Source of the DNA: Octopus vulgaris
Lineage: Eukaryota
Direction: 5' to 3'
Assembly (NCBI GenBank): GCA_951406725.2
Contig: OX597815.1
Coordinates: 24,242,001 to 24,306,000 of the forward strand
Length of the DNA stretch: 64,000 nucleotides
The notes beneath the pieces are model-generated. The model did not search any database. It saw only the letters and a list, made by a program, of their open reading frames with translations, and had not been told where the DNA came from. The translations under genes and the position numbers were made by a program. This document shows, in pieces, positions 1 to 11,639 of this stretch. The first letter of the stretch is position 1. Every line of letters starts with the position of its first letter.

Positions 1-180
1 CCGCCAGTACAGTCCTGGGGTTCCGCAAGAAGTTACAAAACTGCTAAAATCGGCAGTAATTTTTAATTCTCCTGTGCAGATATGTGTGCATAAGGCTATT
101 AAATTATTGCACAGGGGTTCCTCGAGCCAGTGGAATGTTTCCTTGGGGTTCTGCTCCAACAAAAAGTTTGAAAAGCACTG
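1..180. mobile_element. Right end of a probable hAT-type non-autonomous DNA transposon (cut by the window edge)
   Basis: Repeated subterminal GGGGTTC(C) motifs near 17, 114 and 145; ends AAAAGTTTGAAAAGCACTG, i.e. CAGTG on the minus strand, typical of hAT termini. The other end is not visible. Confidence 0.4.
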
Positions 181-1047
181 CTCTAAAAGATTTGTTTGAG
201 TGCTTACAACAAAAGTGGACCATGCTAAAGACAGGTAAAGGCCAGATGGTAATACTAAATTGAATGACCACTGCAAAACAAAAACAGTCCATTTGATAAC
301 CTTCCATAGTTTCCAACTATCAATTTTACTTGCAAGGACTGGCTTAACCCAAAGTTATGGAAGCAAATACTTGCCAATATTGCTGCCGTTCAGTGAGATC
401 AAACCCCAAACCAAACTGTTTGAGCCACTAAGCTATAATTGCATGAATGTCGCGTATTTGATGCTTGTTGATATCTATGAGGTCACATGTTCCCAACATT
501 CTACTTTTAGCAGCAGGAAATGTAGCGGTAAACATCTGTTTAAAGTTCATTTTAAAACCTAGTTTTCTGTTAGTTACAAATTGAGGAGGCTGGAAGGAAG
601 GAAAATACAAAAACACACATTTAGTTGAATTAAACGTAAATGGCATTTCATCTGAAATTGTAATCCATTTTAGTTGTTGTTTCCTTCACTTTCTATGCTG
701 TTTGCAGCAAAGCAATATTATAAGCAATATTGTAAAATTTCAACACTAGGTTTTTATTTTATTTTATTTTATTTTTATTTATTTATTTTTTTTTGAAATA
801 TTAAAATTTTCTGCTGGTTTAAGTACTCAGATATAGTTTAGTGTATTCTGTCTATTGCTACGATTGCTTGACTATCTGATGACAGAATGTTTTGACGTAT
901 GAATACAACGACTGGTTAGATAGGCTGACATTAGAATAAAGAGTATGATAAATACCTAAATTAGGTTCATGATAAGATAAACCAAATAACCAATGAGATA
1001 ACAAATACAAGGTGGTTATTTCGACATACAGGATATACATATTGTTT

Positions 1048-1250
1048 TACTTTCTTTCTTTTATTTGTTTCAGTCATTTGACTGCGGCCATGCTGGAGCA
1101 CCACCTTTAGTCGAGCAAATCGATCCCAGGACTTATTCTTTCTAAGCCTAGTAATATCGGTCACTCTTGTCGAACCACTAAGTGACAAGGATGTAGATAC
1201 ACCAGCATCAGTTGTCAAGCGATGTTGGCGGGGAGGACAAACACAGACAT

Positions 1251-1281
<31 letters not shown>

Positions 1282-1446
1282 CACGACGGGCTTCTTTCAG
1301 TTTCCGTCTACCAAATCCACTCACAAGGCTTTGGTCAGCCCGAGGCTATAGTAGAAGATACTTTCCCAATGTGCCATGCAGTAGGACTGAACCCAGAACC
1401 ATGTGGCTGGTAAGCAAGCTACTTACCACACAGCCACTCCTGCGCC
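1048..1446 (-). mobile_element. tRNA-derived SINE, family A (CORE-like middle), near full length
   Basis: Minus strand reads GGAGTGGCTGTGTGGTAAG (A-box-like), GGTTCAGTCC (B-box-like), a CORE-like GGCACATTGGGAAAGT segment, an internal TA/TG microsatellite and a tail ending TGACTGAAACAA. Near-identical copies at 44955 and 57742. Confidence 0.85.
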
Positions 1447-1512
1447 TATATATACATGATATATACATATATTACATACATGTGTATATTTCTTTCTCTA
1501 CATATAAACATA

Positions 1513-2829
1513 CAGGGTGCGGTGAATGAATTGTTGTCTAAATAGCACAAGAATGAAAATAACACTGACATCTCATTTTAACAAATGTATTTACCAAAAT
1601 TACATAAAAATATCTCTAAATACTACAGAGTAAATTTTTTCAATATAATCTACATTGGCTTCAACCACAGCCTCCAGACGACTTCGAAATCTCCTGCAAC
1701 TCTTCTGGATGGTCTCCTTGTTTAAGTTAGTGGTGAATGCTTGCATAATACTTGCCATCAGTTCATCTTTGGTGTTACAAAGAATTTTGTTGGTCTCTCA
1801 TCCTACTGCACCCCACACATAATAATCAAGTGGGTTGCAGTCTGGGGAGTTAGGTGGTCAGATGTTAGGGGTGATGTGGTTGCAGAAATTGCCTGACAGC
1901 CATGACTGGGTTCTCCTGCTTGTGTGGCATGGTGCAGAGTCCTGTTGCCAGACACAGAGTCTTCTAGCAACCACCCTCTTGACCCAGGGCAGCACTACCT
2001 CATCTAGGCACTTGATGTAGGCTTCCGTGTTGAGTCTTGTAGGCCTCCGTGTTGAGCCATGTGGGAAGACGAATGGAGGTATAACATTGCCATCACTAGT
2101 GATCACTCCAAACACCATGATGTTGACTGGATATTTGATTTTTATCACTCTCGTTACATGCTTTGGGGACACAGCAAGTCAATGGTTGTTCTGTGTGTTC
2201 ACCATCTGATCCTGGCAGAAACTGTTCTCATCTGAGGAAAACTTGAGTTTGTTCAGTTGTGGGGTGGGTACCTAAGTTTGTTCAAAAGCTTTGTAGCATG
2301 GTCTTTCCTATTTTCTTTGATGGCTTGGGATAAAAATTGGCCCTTTCTCATCTTGTATGAGGAATACTGAATGGCTTTATTGCACTACCTGCCTGATAAG
2401 AAACTCAGACACTCCCATGTCCCTGGCAATGAACCTGATTAAATTGGAGGGTTCTTTGTTAATCACGGCCTGTATCTCACCAACAAATTCAGGAGTTCTT
2501 TTCTTGATTAGAATGAGTCTTCCAAGCTGCTCTACCTTTGTAATGACCATTAGACTCATCCAACTCTTTCCAAATCCTCTGCACTGTCCTCAGATTGACA
2601 CCCAAACACTCTGAAATATTTGTATTGGAGCTTCCTGTGCGAATACTAAGTAGTACAGTATGTCATTTCCAAATTTCTGGCAGAGTGAATTGCGTCATGG
2701 TACTGTTTTTCTCACAGACGGTGCCCAACTGATCCTACTATACTGTGTAGCCGACAAAATCAAAAAGGAACAATATGCATACAAGAAATTAAAAATATAA
2801 AATGGTGACAATTTATTCATTGCTCCTTG
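1513..2829 (-). mobile_element. Tc1/mariner transposon, DD37D (maT) type, full-length outline with disrupted transposase
   Basis: TA at 1511-1512 and 2830-2831. Imperfect TIRs CAGGGTGCGGTGAATGAATTGT and CAAGGAGCAATGAATAAATTGT. Minus-strand translation gives FSSDE, WQQDSAPCH and NI*PPNSPDCNPLDYYVWG, with 37 residues between the second and third D. Stops and frameshifts are present. Confidence 0.9.
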
Positions 2830-2830
2830 T

Positions 2831-2831
2831 A

Positions 2832-2874
<43 letters not shown>

Positions 2875-3008
2875 GTAAACACATAAATGCAATACAAGGT
2901 ACATTTGTATGTATGGATGTATGTATGTGTGTATGTATGTATGGAAGGATGGATGAACAGACGGACGGACAGACGGACAGACGGACAGATGGCTGGATGA
3001 ATGGATGA
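2831..3008. repeat. Compound microsatellite (CA)n / (TATG)n / (GACA,GACG)n / (GGAT)n
   Basis: Directly visible. Confidence 0.9.
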
Positions 3009-3239
3009 AAAGTAGACAGTTATATACTTCCCAAAGCATATCTGAATTTAAAGGAATTTCCACTGAAAGTGTTCCATAACTGAATCTTAATCAGGGATAT
3101 CAAAAATGACCATATATAAGAAAAAGACAGAAAGGGGGAATCCATAAAAACTGATCCAAAAAAAGATATATGTATATAAACACACACACACACACACATT
3201 ATTTATGCTGAGATTATCTAATTCTCAATGAAAGTGGAG

Positions 3240-3760
3240 TTGTGTACTTTGGAAGCATAGTAACCAGAGTTAAAATGGATGGAAAAATTCAGGTAGCTCT
3301 TAGCTCAAATAGCAACAAAGGTTTTCTATCTTGATGATACTTGTATATTAAAGTGTAAACTTCATGGCAGCAAAACATGGGCTTTGAATACGGAAGATCT
3401 ATGATGGCTAGAAATAAATAAAATGTGCATTTTCCTCTGGATACATAATATTAGTATGCATAAATGACAGCATAAATGAGCTGAGAGGAAAGCTGGATAT
3501 AAAAGGAATTAGATATAATGTGTAAGATAAAGGGCTATTCTGGTATGGGCATGTGATGTTCATGGAAGATGTTAGTTCCATAAAGAAGTGCTCAGCATTC
3601 CATGTGGCTGGAACCTGTAGAAGAGGAAGACATAGAAAGACATGAGACAAAGTGGTGAAGACTGATCCTAAGAGTCTGAACCTCATAAGATGTCAAATAA
3701 CTGCAACAGGTGAAAGCAAGCAGCTCTGGGGAAGCCTCACACACTGATACAAGTGTGAAA
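3240..3760 (+). mobile_element. Decayed 3' part of an RTE-clade LINE ORF2
   Basis: Fragments such as HGSKTWALNTEDL*WLE and RGRHRKT*DKVVKTD match the better preserved RTE copy at 52250-54372. Confidence 0.65.
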
Positions 3761-3864
3761 AAATTGTCATTATGGTACGGTCAGATTCTGTTAAAAAAAT
3801 AAGCTGTAATTGTTGAGTTGATGATGCCTTGCTGAGACAATATGGAGTGGACACATTAAAGAAG

Positions 3865-4130
3865 GCAGGTGTGTGGCATAGAGGTTTGGATGTTACACTC
3901 ATGATTGTAAAATCATGGTTTTGATTTTCAGATCAGGTAGCACATTGTGTCTTTGAGAAAAGTACTTTGTTTTGACATTGCTCCAGTTCACTCTGCTGTA
4001 AATGAGTCGAGTAATAGCTGGGAAGTTAACCCTGTGATGGATCATTTCCCCATTCAGATGGGAGTGTTGTAACCTCAGTCATTTATATGCCATACACTGG
4101 CCTTATAAGTTCTATGACTCATGACAAACC
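3865..4130 (+). mobile_element. Old tRNA-derived SINE (family D-like)
   Basis: Degenerate tRNA head GTGTGGCATAGAGGTT...GGTTTTGATT, similar to the copy at 60745. Confidence 0.45.
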
Positions 4131-4787
4131 TAACATAAAAGAAGGGCCTAAAATACGAAGGACATTTGGAATCCTGTGATGGTGTTTGATTCTTCTGTCA
4201 TGGGTTTGAAGCCGATCAACAATGACTTACTTGGTTGGCATTAAAGTTACGAGAGACAGCAGAGTAGGGATTTGGGAACTGAAGAGCAATGCAGAAAATA
4301 CTGCATCAGGGTTATGGCAAAAATAAAAATATCAGAGAAATATTAAAACTGGGAGCAAAGAACATATTTAGCAAGTGGTAATACAAAATAGTTGGTGCAC
4401 AGGTGGAATGGTTACAGCAACACTTGCTTTGTTGTGGCTTTATGAATGAAAAATTGAAAGGTATGGCACAGAAACTGAACAGTTCCTGGCAGCAAAGACA
4501 TTGTGCAACACTGATGCAGACAGTAGGGTGGCCAGATGGAAATAGCTGGCCATGTGTCAGAATAATTTGACTGTGAGCAAATGCTCACAGAAACTCCAGG
4601 GATACCACAATCAATGCTATTATGATGAAGGGTAGGTCTAGAGAAATTGTAGAGAAGCTGAAGCAAAGGTGACTGAATGTGTAATGTGTGCTAGAGATTA
4701 GATGGCAATGAGCCTCAACCAATTAACTTGTGCATGCGCAAGGAACACAGGTACAAATTCTGGGTGGGTAACAGCGCTGAAGATGTT

Positions 4788-5020
4788 ATCATCATCATCG
4801 TTTAACGTCCGTTTTCCGCGCTAGCACGGGTTGGACGGTTCGACCGGGGTCTGGGGAGCCAGGGGCTGCCCCAGGCTCCAGTTTGATCTGGCAGTGTTTC
4901 TACAGCTGGATGCCCTTCCTAATGCCAACCACTCCGCGAGTGTAGTGGGTGCTTTTTACGTGCCACCCGCACAGGTGCCAGAGGGGTCTGGCATCGGCCA
5001 CGATCGGTTGGTGCTTTTTT
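4788..5020 (-). mobile_element. Family C RTE-tail retroposon (subfamily C1), 5'-truncated
   Basis: (CAT)n then GTTTAACGTCCG...GCTAGC...CAGCTGGATGCCCTTCCTAA; matches about 15 copies in the window. Confidence 0.85.
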
Positions 5021-5247
5021 ATATTGTTAGAAAATGAATAAATGGAGTAAGTAATTAGTCAAAATTGGCAATTGAATAATTAAGATTAGACTAGTCTTGG
5101 ACAGCACAATGGTATCAGTTATCACTGTATTTGTACATTAAACAAGACTGACAGATGAAAAAACAGGGACTATTCTCACAAGACCCTCTTGCAAACAACC
5201 TCAATGACAAATGAAAGTGACCTTGTTATCACAGCTTGTATTTTTAA

Positions 5248-5466
5248 CCCTTTTGTTACTGTATTTATTTTGAAATGCTTTGTGTTTCTTTCACTTACTT
5301 TAAATATAACAAAGAATTTAGTAAAATAACTTAGATATCATTCAGCTAGTGTTAGGAACATAAATTGTGATTAAGGTTTGGTGGAAGATTTTAATTCAGA
5401 ACTTTTGAAAATAAAACACTTGTACTCAGAGCCAACCCAGTTTCAGCCGGGTTGGTACTGAAAGGG
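5248..5466. mobile_element. piggyBac-type MITE (family 1), 219 bp
   Basis: TTAA at 5244-5247 and 5467-5470; termini CCCTTT...AAAGGG; copies at 15175 and 47308. Confidence 0.85.
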
Positions 5467-6004
5467 TTAATAAATATATTTAATCACAATATGATAACTA
5501 CAGATAAGGCTGTAGTGGATTTGTGAAATATAGAGAGGGCTCAAGACTCTTAGAGTTCTGTGATACAAATTACTTAACCACGTCCCATACTAACTTCAAG
5601 AAACTAACAGACACTCAACCACCCACCAGTTAGGCAAAAATGTAGCTAGACAAACTAATGTGATAGAAAGATAGAAAGGTTTGTAAATATAAGTCACTAC
5701 TGGGGAAGTATATACTACTCAACATAAATAAGTGATTAGTGACTTCAAAGTAAGAACTAAACAGAGAAAACATACGATGGTATGGAAACCAAATGACTCC
5801 CCTGCTTCACATAAGTTCAGAGATCTTCTAGGTGATATGTATGACAAAGAAGGCATTAAATACAAAGGAGAGTTTCTATGTTCCTTTCTACAATAATTAG
5901 GATTGAGTAATTTCTGGCATAATTTATGTTAGATGGCTAGAAACTCAAATATTTCTGAGTTATTTTCATGGAATCAATTTTAAAAAAAACAAAAAAAACA
6001 CACG

Positions 6005-6243
6005 ATTTTCTGTGACCGTTGCCAGTACCACCTGACTGGCCCTCGTGCTGGCGGCACATAAAAGCATCCACTACATTCTCGGAGCGGTTGGCTTTAGGAA
6101 AGGCATCCAGCTGTAGAAACTCTGCCAGATCAAGACTGGAGCCTGGTGCAGCCATTTGGTTCGCCAGTCCTCAGTCAAATCGTCCAACCCATGCTAGCAT
6201 GGAAAGCAGACGTTAAATGACGATGACGATGATGATGATGATG
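6005..6243 (+). mobile_element. Family C retroposon (subfamily C2)
   Basis: GGCATCCAGCTGTAGAAAC...CCAACCCATGCTAGCATGGAAA...(GAT)n tail. Confidence 0.85.
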
Positions 6244-6644
6244 TTCTGAAGGCAAGATATTAAAAACTTAATGTTTAAAGTCTGGTCATAAATCATCGAT
6301 GAATTTGCTAGAACTTCACAAAAAGATACATATGTGGCCTTTCCTTCGAGTGTGTCAACATTCACCTGTTTCAGAACCTTTGTGGTATTTGTTATAAACG
6401 TTTCCCTAACAACCAGTTTCAGTTTTACACATACTAGGTGGGTATCTGTCCAACATGTAACTCTATATAAAGCTGTAACACTACGAAGATCATGAATGTC
6501 ATGTTTATATATTATGACAAAATCAAAAAAATGGGCCCAAGTAATCTTGTGCTTCTGTTTTTTGGTAGAACTGTGTATTTCCTATTACAAGACTCAGCTT
6601 GGAACATAACTGTATTAGGAGTAGATGATTATTTATTTTATTTT

Positions 6645-7032
6645 CCATGCTGATGGCACATAAAAACATCATTCGAATGTGATTGTTACCCACATCGCCT
6701 TACTGGCACTTGTGCTGGTGGCAAGCGAAAACAACATTCCAGCGAGGTCGTTGCCAGTGCCGCTGGACTGGCTCCTGTGCAGGTGGCACATAAAAAGCAC
6801 CATTTGAGAGTGGCCATTGCCAGTACCGCCTGACTGACCCTCATGCTGTTGGTACGTAAAAGCACCCACTACACTCTCGGAATGGTTGGCATTAGGAAGG
6901 GCATCCAGCTGTAGACACTCTGCCAGATCAGATTGGAGCCTGGTGTAGCCATCTGGTTCGCCAGACCTCAGTCAAATCGTCCAACCCATGCTAGCATGGA
7001 AAGCGGACGTTAAACAATGATGATGATGATGA
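6645..7032 (+). mobile_element. Family C retroposon (C2) with four ~65-bp internal modules
   Basis: GTGC.GGTGGCAC.TAAAA(A)GCACC-like motif near 6650, 6712, 6777 and 6843, then the conserved tail and (GAT)n. Confidence 0.85.
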
Positions 7033-7044
7033 TTTATTTATTTA

Positions 7045-7460
7045 TGCTGAGCATCCCAAGCTAGACCATGTGTTGCAATCATGGCATACCTTGACATTCA
7101 AATCTCCAGATAGGATGATTCTGTTATCAGTTATCAGTGTGGAAAGAACAGCATTCCTAGAATTCTCATACAAAAGAGATATGCATACAGAGAAGAAAGT
7201 CACATGGTGCCCACATGACAATTGCAAGTGGAGTTTAATGACATGGTCATTTACACTGGGATGGCAGTTCATCTAATCTGTCAACTATTTTTTTTTCTTG
7301 ATTGCAAAGCCAACACAGCCCTCTTATTTCTCCCTTACATTGACCTCTAAAAAACTCATTTCAGTTTTCTGTGGTCTTCTGTCAATCATGTCCCAGAAAG
7401 GGTGGCAATATCAACCTTCTATAAACCATGCACTGCTACATCAAGAGAAGTATGATGCAC
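7045..7460 (-). mobile_element. LINE AP-endonuclease fragment (probably RTE clade)
   Basis: ORF 7042-7272 (-) contains RIILSGDLNVKV, the APE GD.N motif. Confidence 0.5.
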
Positions 7461-7482
7461 AGGCCAATCTGCTAGATATTTC

Positions 7483-7718
7483 TATTTCTTTACTACCCAC
7501 AAGGGGGCTAAACACAGAGAGGACAAACAAGGACAGACAAACGGATAAAGTCAATTATATCGACCCCAGTGCGTAACTGGTACTTATTTAATTCACCCCG
7601 AAAGGATGAAAGACAAAGTCAACCTCGGCAGAGTTTGAACTCAGAACATAACGGCAGACGATATATGGCTACGCATTTCGCCCGGCATGCTAACATTTCT
7701 GCCAGCTCGCTGCCTTAT
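7483..7718 (-). mobile_element. tRNA-derived SINE, family B (Meta-like middle) with 17-bp TSD
   Basis: Minus strand GGCAGCGAGCTGGCAGAA...GAGTTCAAAC...CTTTCATCCTTTCGGGG; TSD AATCTGCTAGATATTTC at 7466-7482 and 7719-7735. Confidence 0.85.
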
Positions 7719-8307
7719 AATCTGCTAGATATTTCATCAATCAATAGGGTTCATACATTCCAACAGCACATCCATAGATGTATTCACTTGTTTCTGTTTT
7801 TGTATTTTACATTCATTTACGTTTTTACATTTGTTGCTTTTACTGAGGTAAACAGTGCTTAGTTGTGGTAAACTGACTGGTTTATGGGGCAGACAATATT
7901 TGGAAAAACCTTTTGTAGCTCCCTTTAGTTTCCTGAGCAGTATCTTCCTTAAATAAGGCTGCTCAGACACAGGAATTCCACCTAATACTCGTAAGTGCTA
8001 AAGTCAAAGAAAACGAGGTTATTAAATACCCTAATCACACAATGTGCAGATTTGTGATTGTCTGTTCCAACTCATCAACTTTGCATACGTTGCTAGGCAC
8101 TCATCGCCAAAGGACTTTTGGCGACAGTATGGATAAAATTAGTTATGTTATTCTATTCTTCATGAAATATCTCAATGTTTGATATTCCTATTTATGAGAG
8201 GCATAATGTACTGCAACATTTGAAAGTACCTACATCTTGTAGAGTTTATAGTGGTAGACACTTGTGCAGTATAAATTTCAGTCTTTAAGTGACAGTTATC
8301 CCTGTTC

Positions 8308-8537
8308 CATCATCATCATCATCACCGTTTAACGTCTGCTTTCCATGCTAGCATGGGTTGAATGAATGACTGAGGGCTGGCGAACCAGATGGCTGCACCA
8401 GGCTTCAATCTTGATCTGGCAGAGATTCTACAGCTGGATGCCCTTCCTAACGCCAACCACTCTGAGAGTGTAGTGGGTGCTTTTACGTGCCAGTCAGGCG
8501 GTACTGGCAACGACCTCGCTCGAATCTTTTACACATG
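8308..8537 (-). mobile_element. Family C retroposon (C2)
   Basis: Same tail and (CAT)n as the other copies. Confidence 0.85.
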
Positions 8538-9306
8538 CTACATATTTATCTATATCCACATAAATATAATATCTAATGCACAGTGTGTGTGTGTGCATGT
8601 GCATGTGTGTGTGTGTGTGTGTGTATGTGTGTAGGTACATCTACAGAGAGAGAGGGGGAGAGGGCAAGTGAGGAAGTGAATGAGTTTGAGTATTCTGAAA
8701 CAAGAATAATAAACCTTGGAAATAAATACTTGTCCTGAAATATTTTTACTCTATAATTCTGTGGAGGTAAAAAAAAAAAATCCTGCTTACTTTAGCTTAG
8801 CCAGAACTAGATTGATTAAATATGAATTAGTAAATGAGGAAGGGTGACTGAAGTGTGAAATAATACACAAATCAGATGTATGACTTTTCAGTTTTGTGCC
8901 TCACAAACATTGCTTTTGAATTCTATCAAAACATTGTTTAAGTCGGAGCTATAACCTGGAAGGAGGACACTTCAAGGCAGACATTATACACATGCTCAGT
9001 TTAAGTGACAAGAATATCACCTTTGGTCCAATAAAGATCCATTAATGAGATAAAAATTTCATACTACAGGGAATTTCAGCATATGTAAGTGGTAATAAAA
9101 GCCTGAATATTCCCCTTCCACACACATAATTATATACATAATTATATTTCATCTTTCTCCCCGCCCATGCCTTCATAGTTAGGATGTTTTTGTTGGCTCT
9201 GTTGTTTTTACAGCTAAATGCCTTTCATACTACTAACCATTCAACTGTGAAATAGGAAAGGAACCTGGTTTTTGTCAATTAGGTAATCTGAAGCAAACAC
9301 ATTAAT

Positions 9307-9315
9307 ATGTATGTA

Positions 9316-9411
<96 letters not shown>

Positions 9412-9623
9412 AGTGTGTGTGTGTGTCTGTGTGTGTGTGTGTGTGAGAGAGTGTATGTATGTATGTATGTATGTATGCATGCATGCATGTATGTATGTGT
9501 GTGTGTGTTTGTGTGTGTATGTATGTATGTATGTAAGTGTGTATGTATGTAAGTATGTATGTGCGTGTATGTGTGTGTGTGAGTGTGTGTGTGTATGTAT
9601 GTATGTATGCATGTATGTATGTG

Positions 9624-9670
<47 letters not shown>

Positions 9671-9868
9671 AAGTGTGTATGTATGTAAGTAAGTATGTAT
9701 GTATGTATATATGTATGTATGCATGCATGAAAACATACACATGTGTGTGTGCGTGCATATACATGTATGTATTTATGTATGTGTATATGTATATATGCAT
9801 GTACATACATACACTCCTCTCTCTCTCCCTCCTTCCCCCTCTCTCGTCTCTCTCTCTCTCTCTCTCTC
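9307..9868. repeat. Long compound microsatellite (TG)n/(TATG)n/(CT)n
   Basis: Directly visible; source of the HT/CV-repeat ORFs. Confidence 0.95.
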
Positions 9869-9887
9869 TGCATTAATACTAATTATA

Positions 9888-10102
9888 ATCCTTTCTACTA
9901 AATGCACAAGGTCTGAAATTTTGGGAGATGGGGTAAGTCAATTACATCAACCCCAGTGCTCAACTGATACTTATTTATCGACCCCAAAAGGATGAAAGGC
10001 AAAGTCAACCTCAACAGAATTTGAACTCAGAACATAAGGATGAGTGAAATACTGCTAAGCATTTTGTCCAGCATGCTAATGTTTCTGCCAGCTCACTGCC
10101 TC
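9888..10102 (-). mobile_element. SINE family B, diverged
   Basis: GACCCCAAAAGGATGAAAGGCAAAGTCAACCTC...TTTGAACTCAG...TTCTGCCAGCTCACTGCC. Confidence 0.75.
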
Positions 10103-10111
10103 AATAATAAT

Positions 10112-10460
10112 AATATCTTGAAGCAAAAACTTTTCGTTTTATTGTAGGTGCCCTAAGTATGACAAGAAAGGGATGTCAGAAAAATCCCAGGAAAACCATG
10201 TCTCAAAGAAATCCAGAAGATTGTGCTGACATGTACTGCCCACATCCTTAGAAAAACCCTATCAATTTAAATGTCTGTGTTGTATTACATGGAAATATTT
10301 TGCTAATTACCCTGCCAGTCCCCACCACCACCCCAAGCTTATAGTTATACTGTAACATCTCTTATCCTCCACTTGGTCTAGGGTGCTGGGCGTGTCTCAG
10401 CAGGTGATTGCAGTAAACATGCAGATAAAAAGTAAATAACAGTGATGATAATAATAATAA
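10112..10460 (+). mobile_element. 3' end of an R4/Dong-like (restriction-like endonuclease) non-LTR retrotransposon
   Basis: Translated pieces FIVGALS and IPGKPCLKEIQKIVLTCTAHILRKTLSI* resemble the R4/Dong C-terminus; flanked by (TAA)n runs. Confidence 0.65.
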
Positions 10461-10662
10461 TGGCAATCATAAAAATACTGGCTATGGTAATAATTCTGTG
10501 TTAGTTGAATTCGGCATATGTACTGAATGAATGACAACTGGTTGTTTCTTCTTTATTGAATGGTATCAATGTGGTAATCAAGGTGAGGTGAGCACAGTCT
10601 GCTTGCGCACCAGCATAAAAAAATAGTATAAGTTTGCACACAGACACATATATATATATATA

Positions 10663-11580
10663 TGTAGAAGGTTGAAAAGGAACACATGAGTTGATATATG
10701 TATGGAAAAAAAGTCAAGGTAGAAAATGCTAAAATAATTTTATAAAAACATTTTAGTACCAGTTTTGGTCATTGAGACTTTTTCAACTCTAAGTATGGAA
10801 AACAATTAAATTTTGAGAAAATTAAATGAAAAGTTTTTTAAAAGAATATTTGCATAGTATTCAAAAATAAGGGGCATTTTCCTTGTTTCTGCCTGTCTCT
10901 GTCTTTCTTGTTTACTCGTGTGTTCGAGGTCAATGTGAATTCTTGACAGAGAGAAGGAGAAGAAGAAGAAGAAGAAGAAGAAGAAGAAGAAGAAGAAGAA
11001 GAAGAAGAAGAAGAAGAAGAAGAAGAAGAAGAAGAAGAAGAAGAATGCAGGAGTGATATGATATTAGTAGGATGTTAAATGGTCAAGAGCCCTGAAAGTG
11101 ACTTGTGGAAGGTAGTAGTGATTGAATTTTTGAGATATCTCTTTTGCACAGATCCCAGATCAAAATTCTGAAAAACCTGAAAAATAGCATTCAGCCAACA
11201 CATCAACATTTGCACCAATAATAAAAATCCAAACTTCAGAATTTTTCCCCCCTATCAATTCAGGGACGATACAACCTGTAGCCAACGAATTAGTAGAGTC
11301 TTTCTTTATCACAAAATACAGACCCCTTTTGAACGCATCTACAACAAATGACATATCCACCACGACCTTAGAAGAACACACACGCAAATATTAAAAATGA
11401 TACATTCAAAAGAGATACCCAAGATTTCATTAAAAACAGCCCCAATCACTGCTATAATCCACAACGAGTCACTTTTAGGTCACTTGACCATTTAACATCC
11501 TGCTACTATCATACCATCCCGCATTATTTTATTATTCTTTCTTCTTCGTCTTCTTCTTCCTCTCTGCCACCTCCTTCTTT
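10663..11580. mobile_element. Penelope-like element remnant with inverted arms
   Basis: About 10950-11125 is an inverted repeat of about 11443-11560. Plus strand 11190-11340 encodes QHINICTNNKNPNFRIFP...SFFITKYRPLLN across frameshifts, resembling a GIY-YIG C-terminus. Confidence 0.55.
10960..11045 (+). repeat. (GAA)n trinucleotide tract, about 28 units
   Basis: Directly visible. Confidence 0.95.
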
Positions 11581-11639
11581 ACTTTACTACAAATGGCATA
11601 AAGTCACCCCACTCAATACTATTCTCCACTTTCAGCTGA

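Noticed and set aside
876-900. CTGATGA as a hammerhead core
   Set aside because: No stem II followed by GAAA downstream.
9241-9995. Long ORFs rich in HT/YI/CV repeats (also 21248-21934, 24517-25324 and 31206-31485)
   Set aside because: Translations of TA/TG/CA microsatellites that lack stops by composition.
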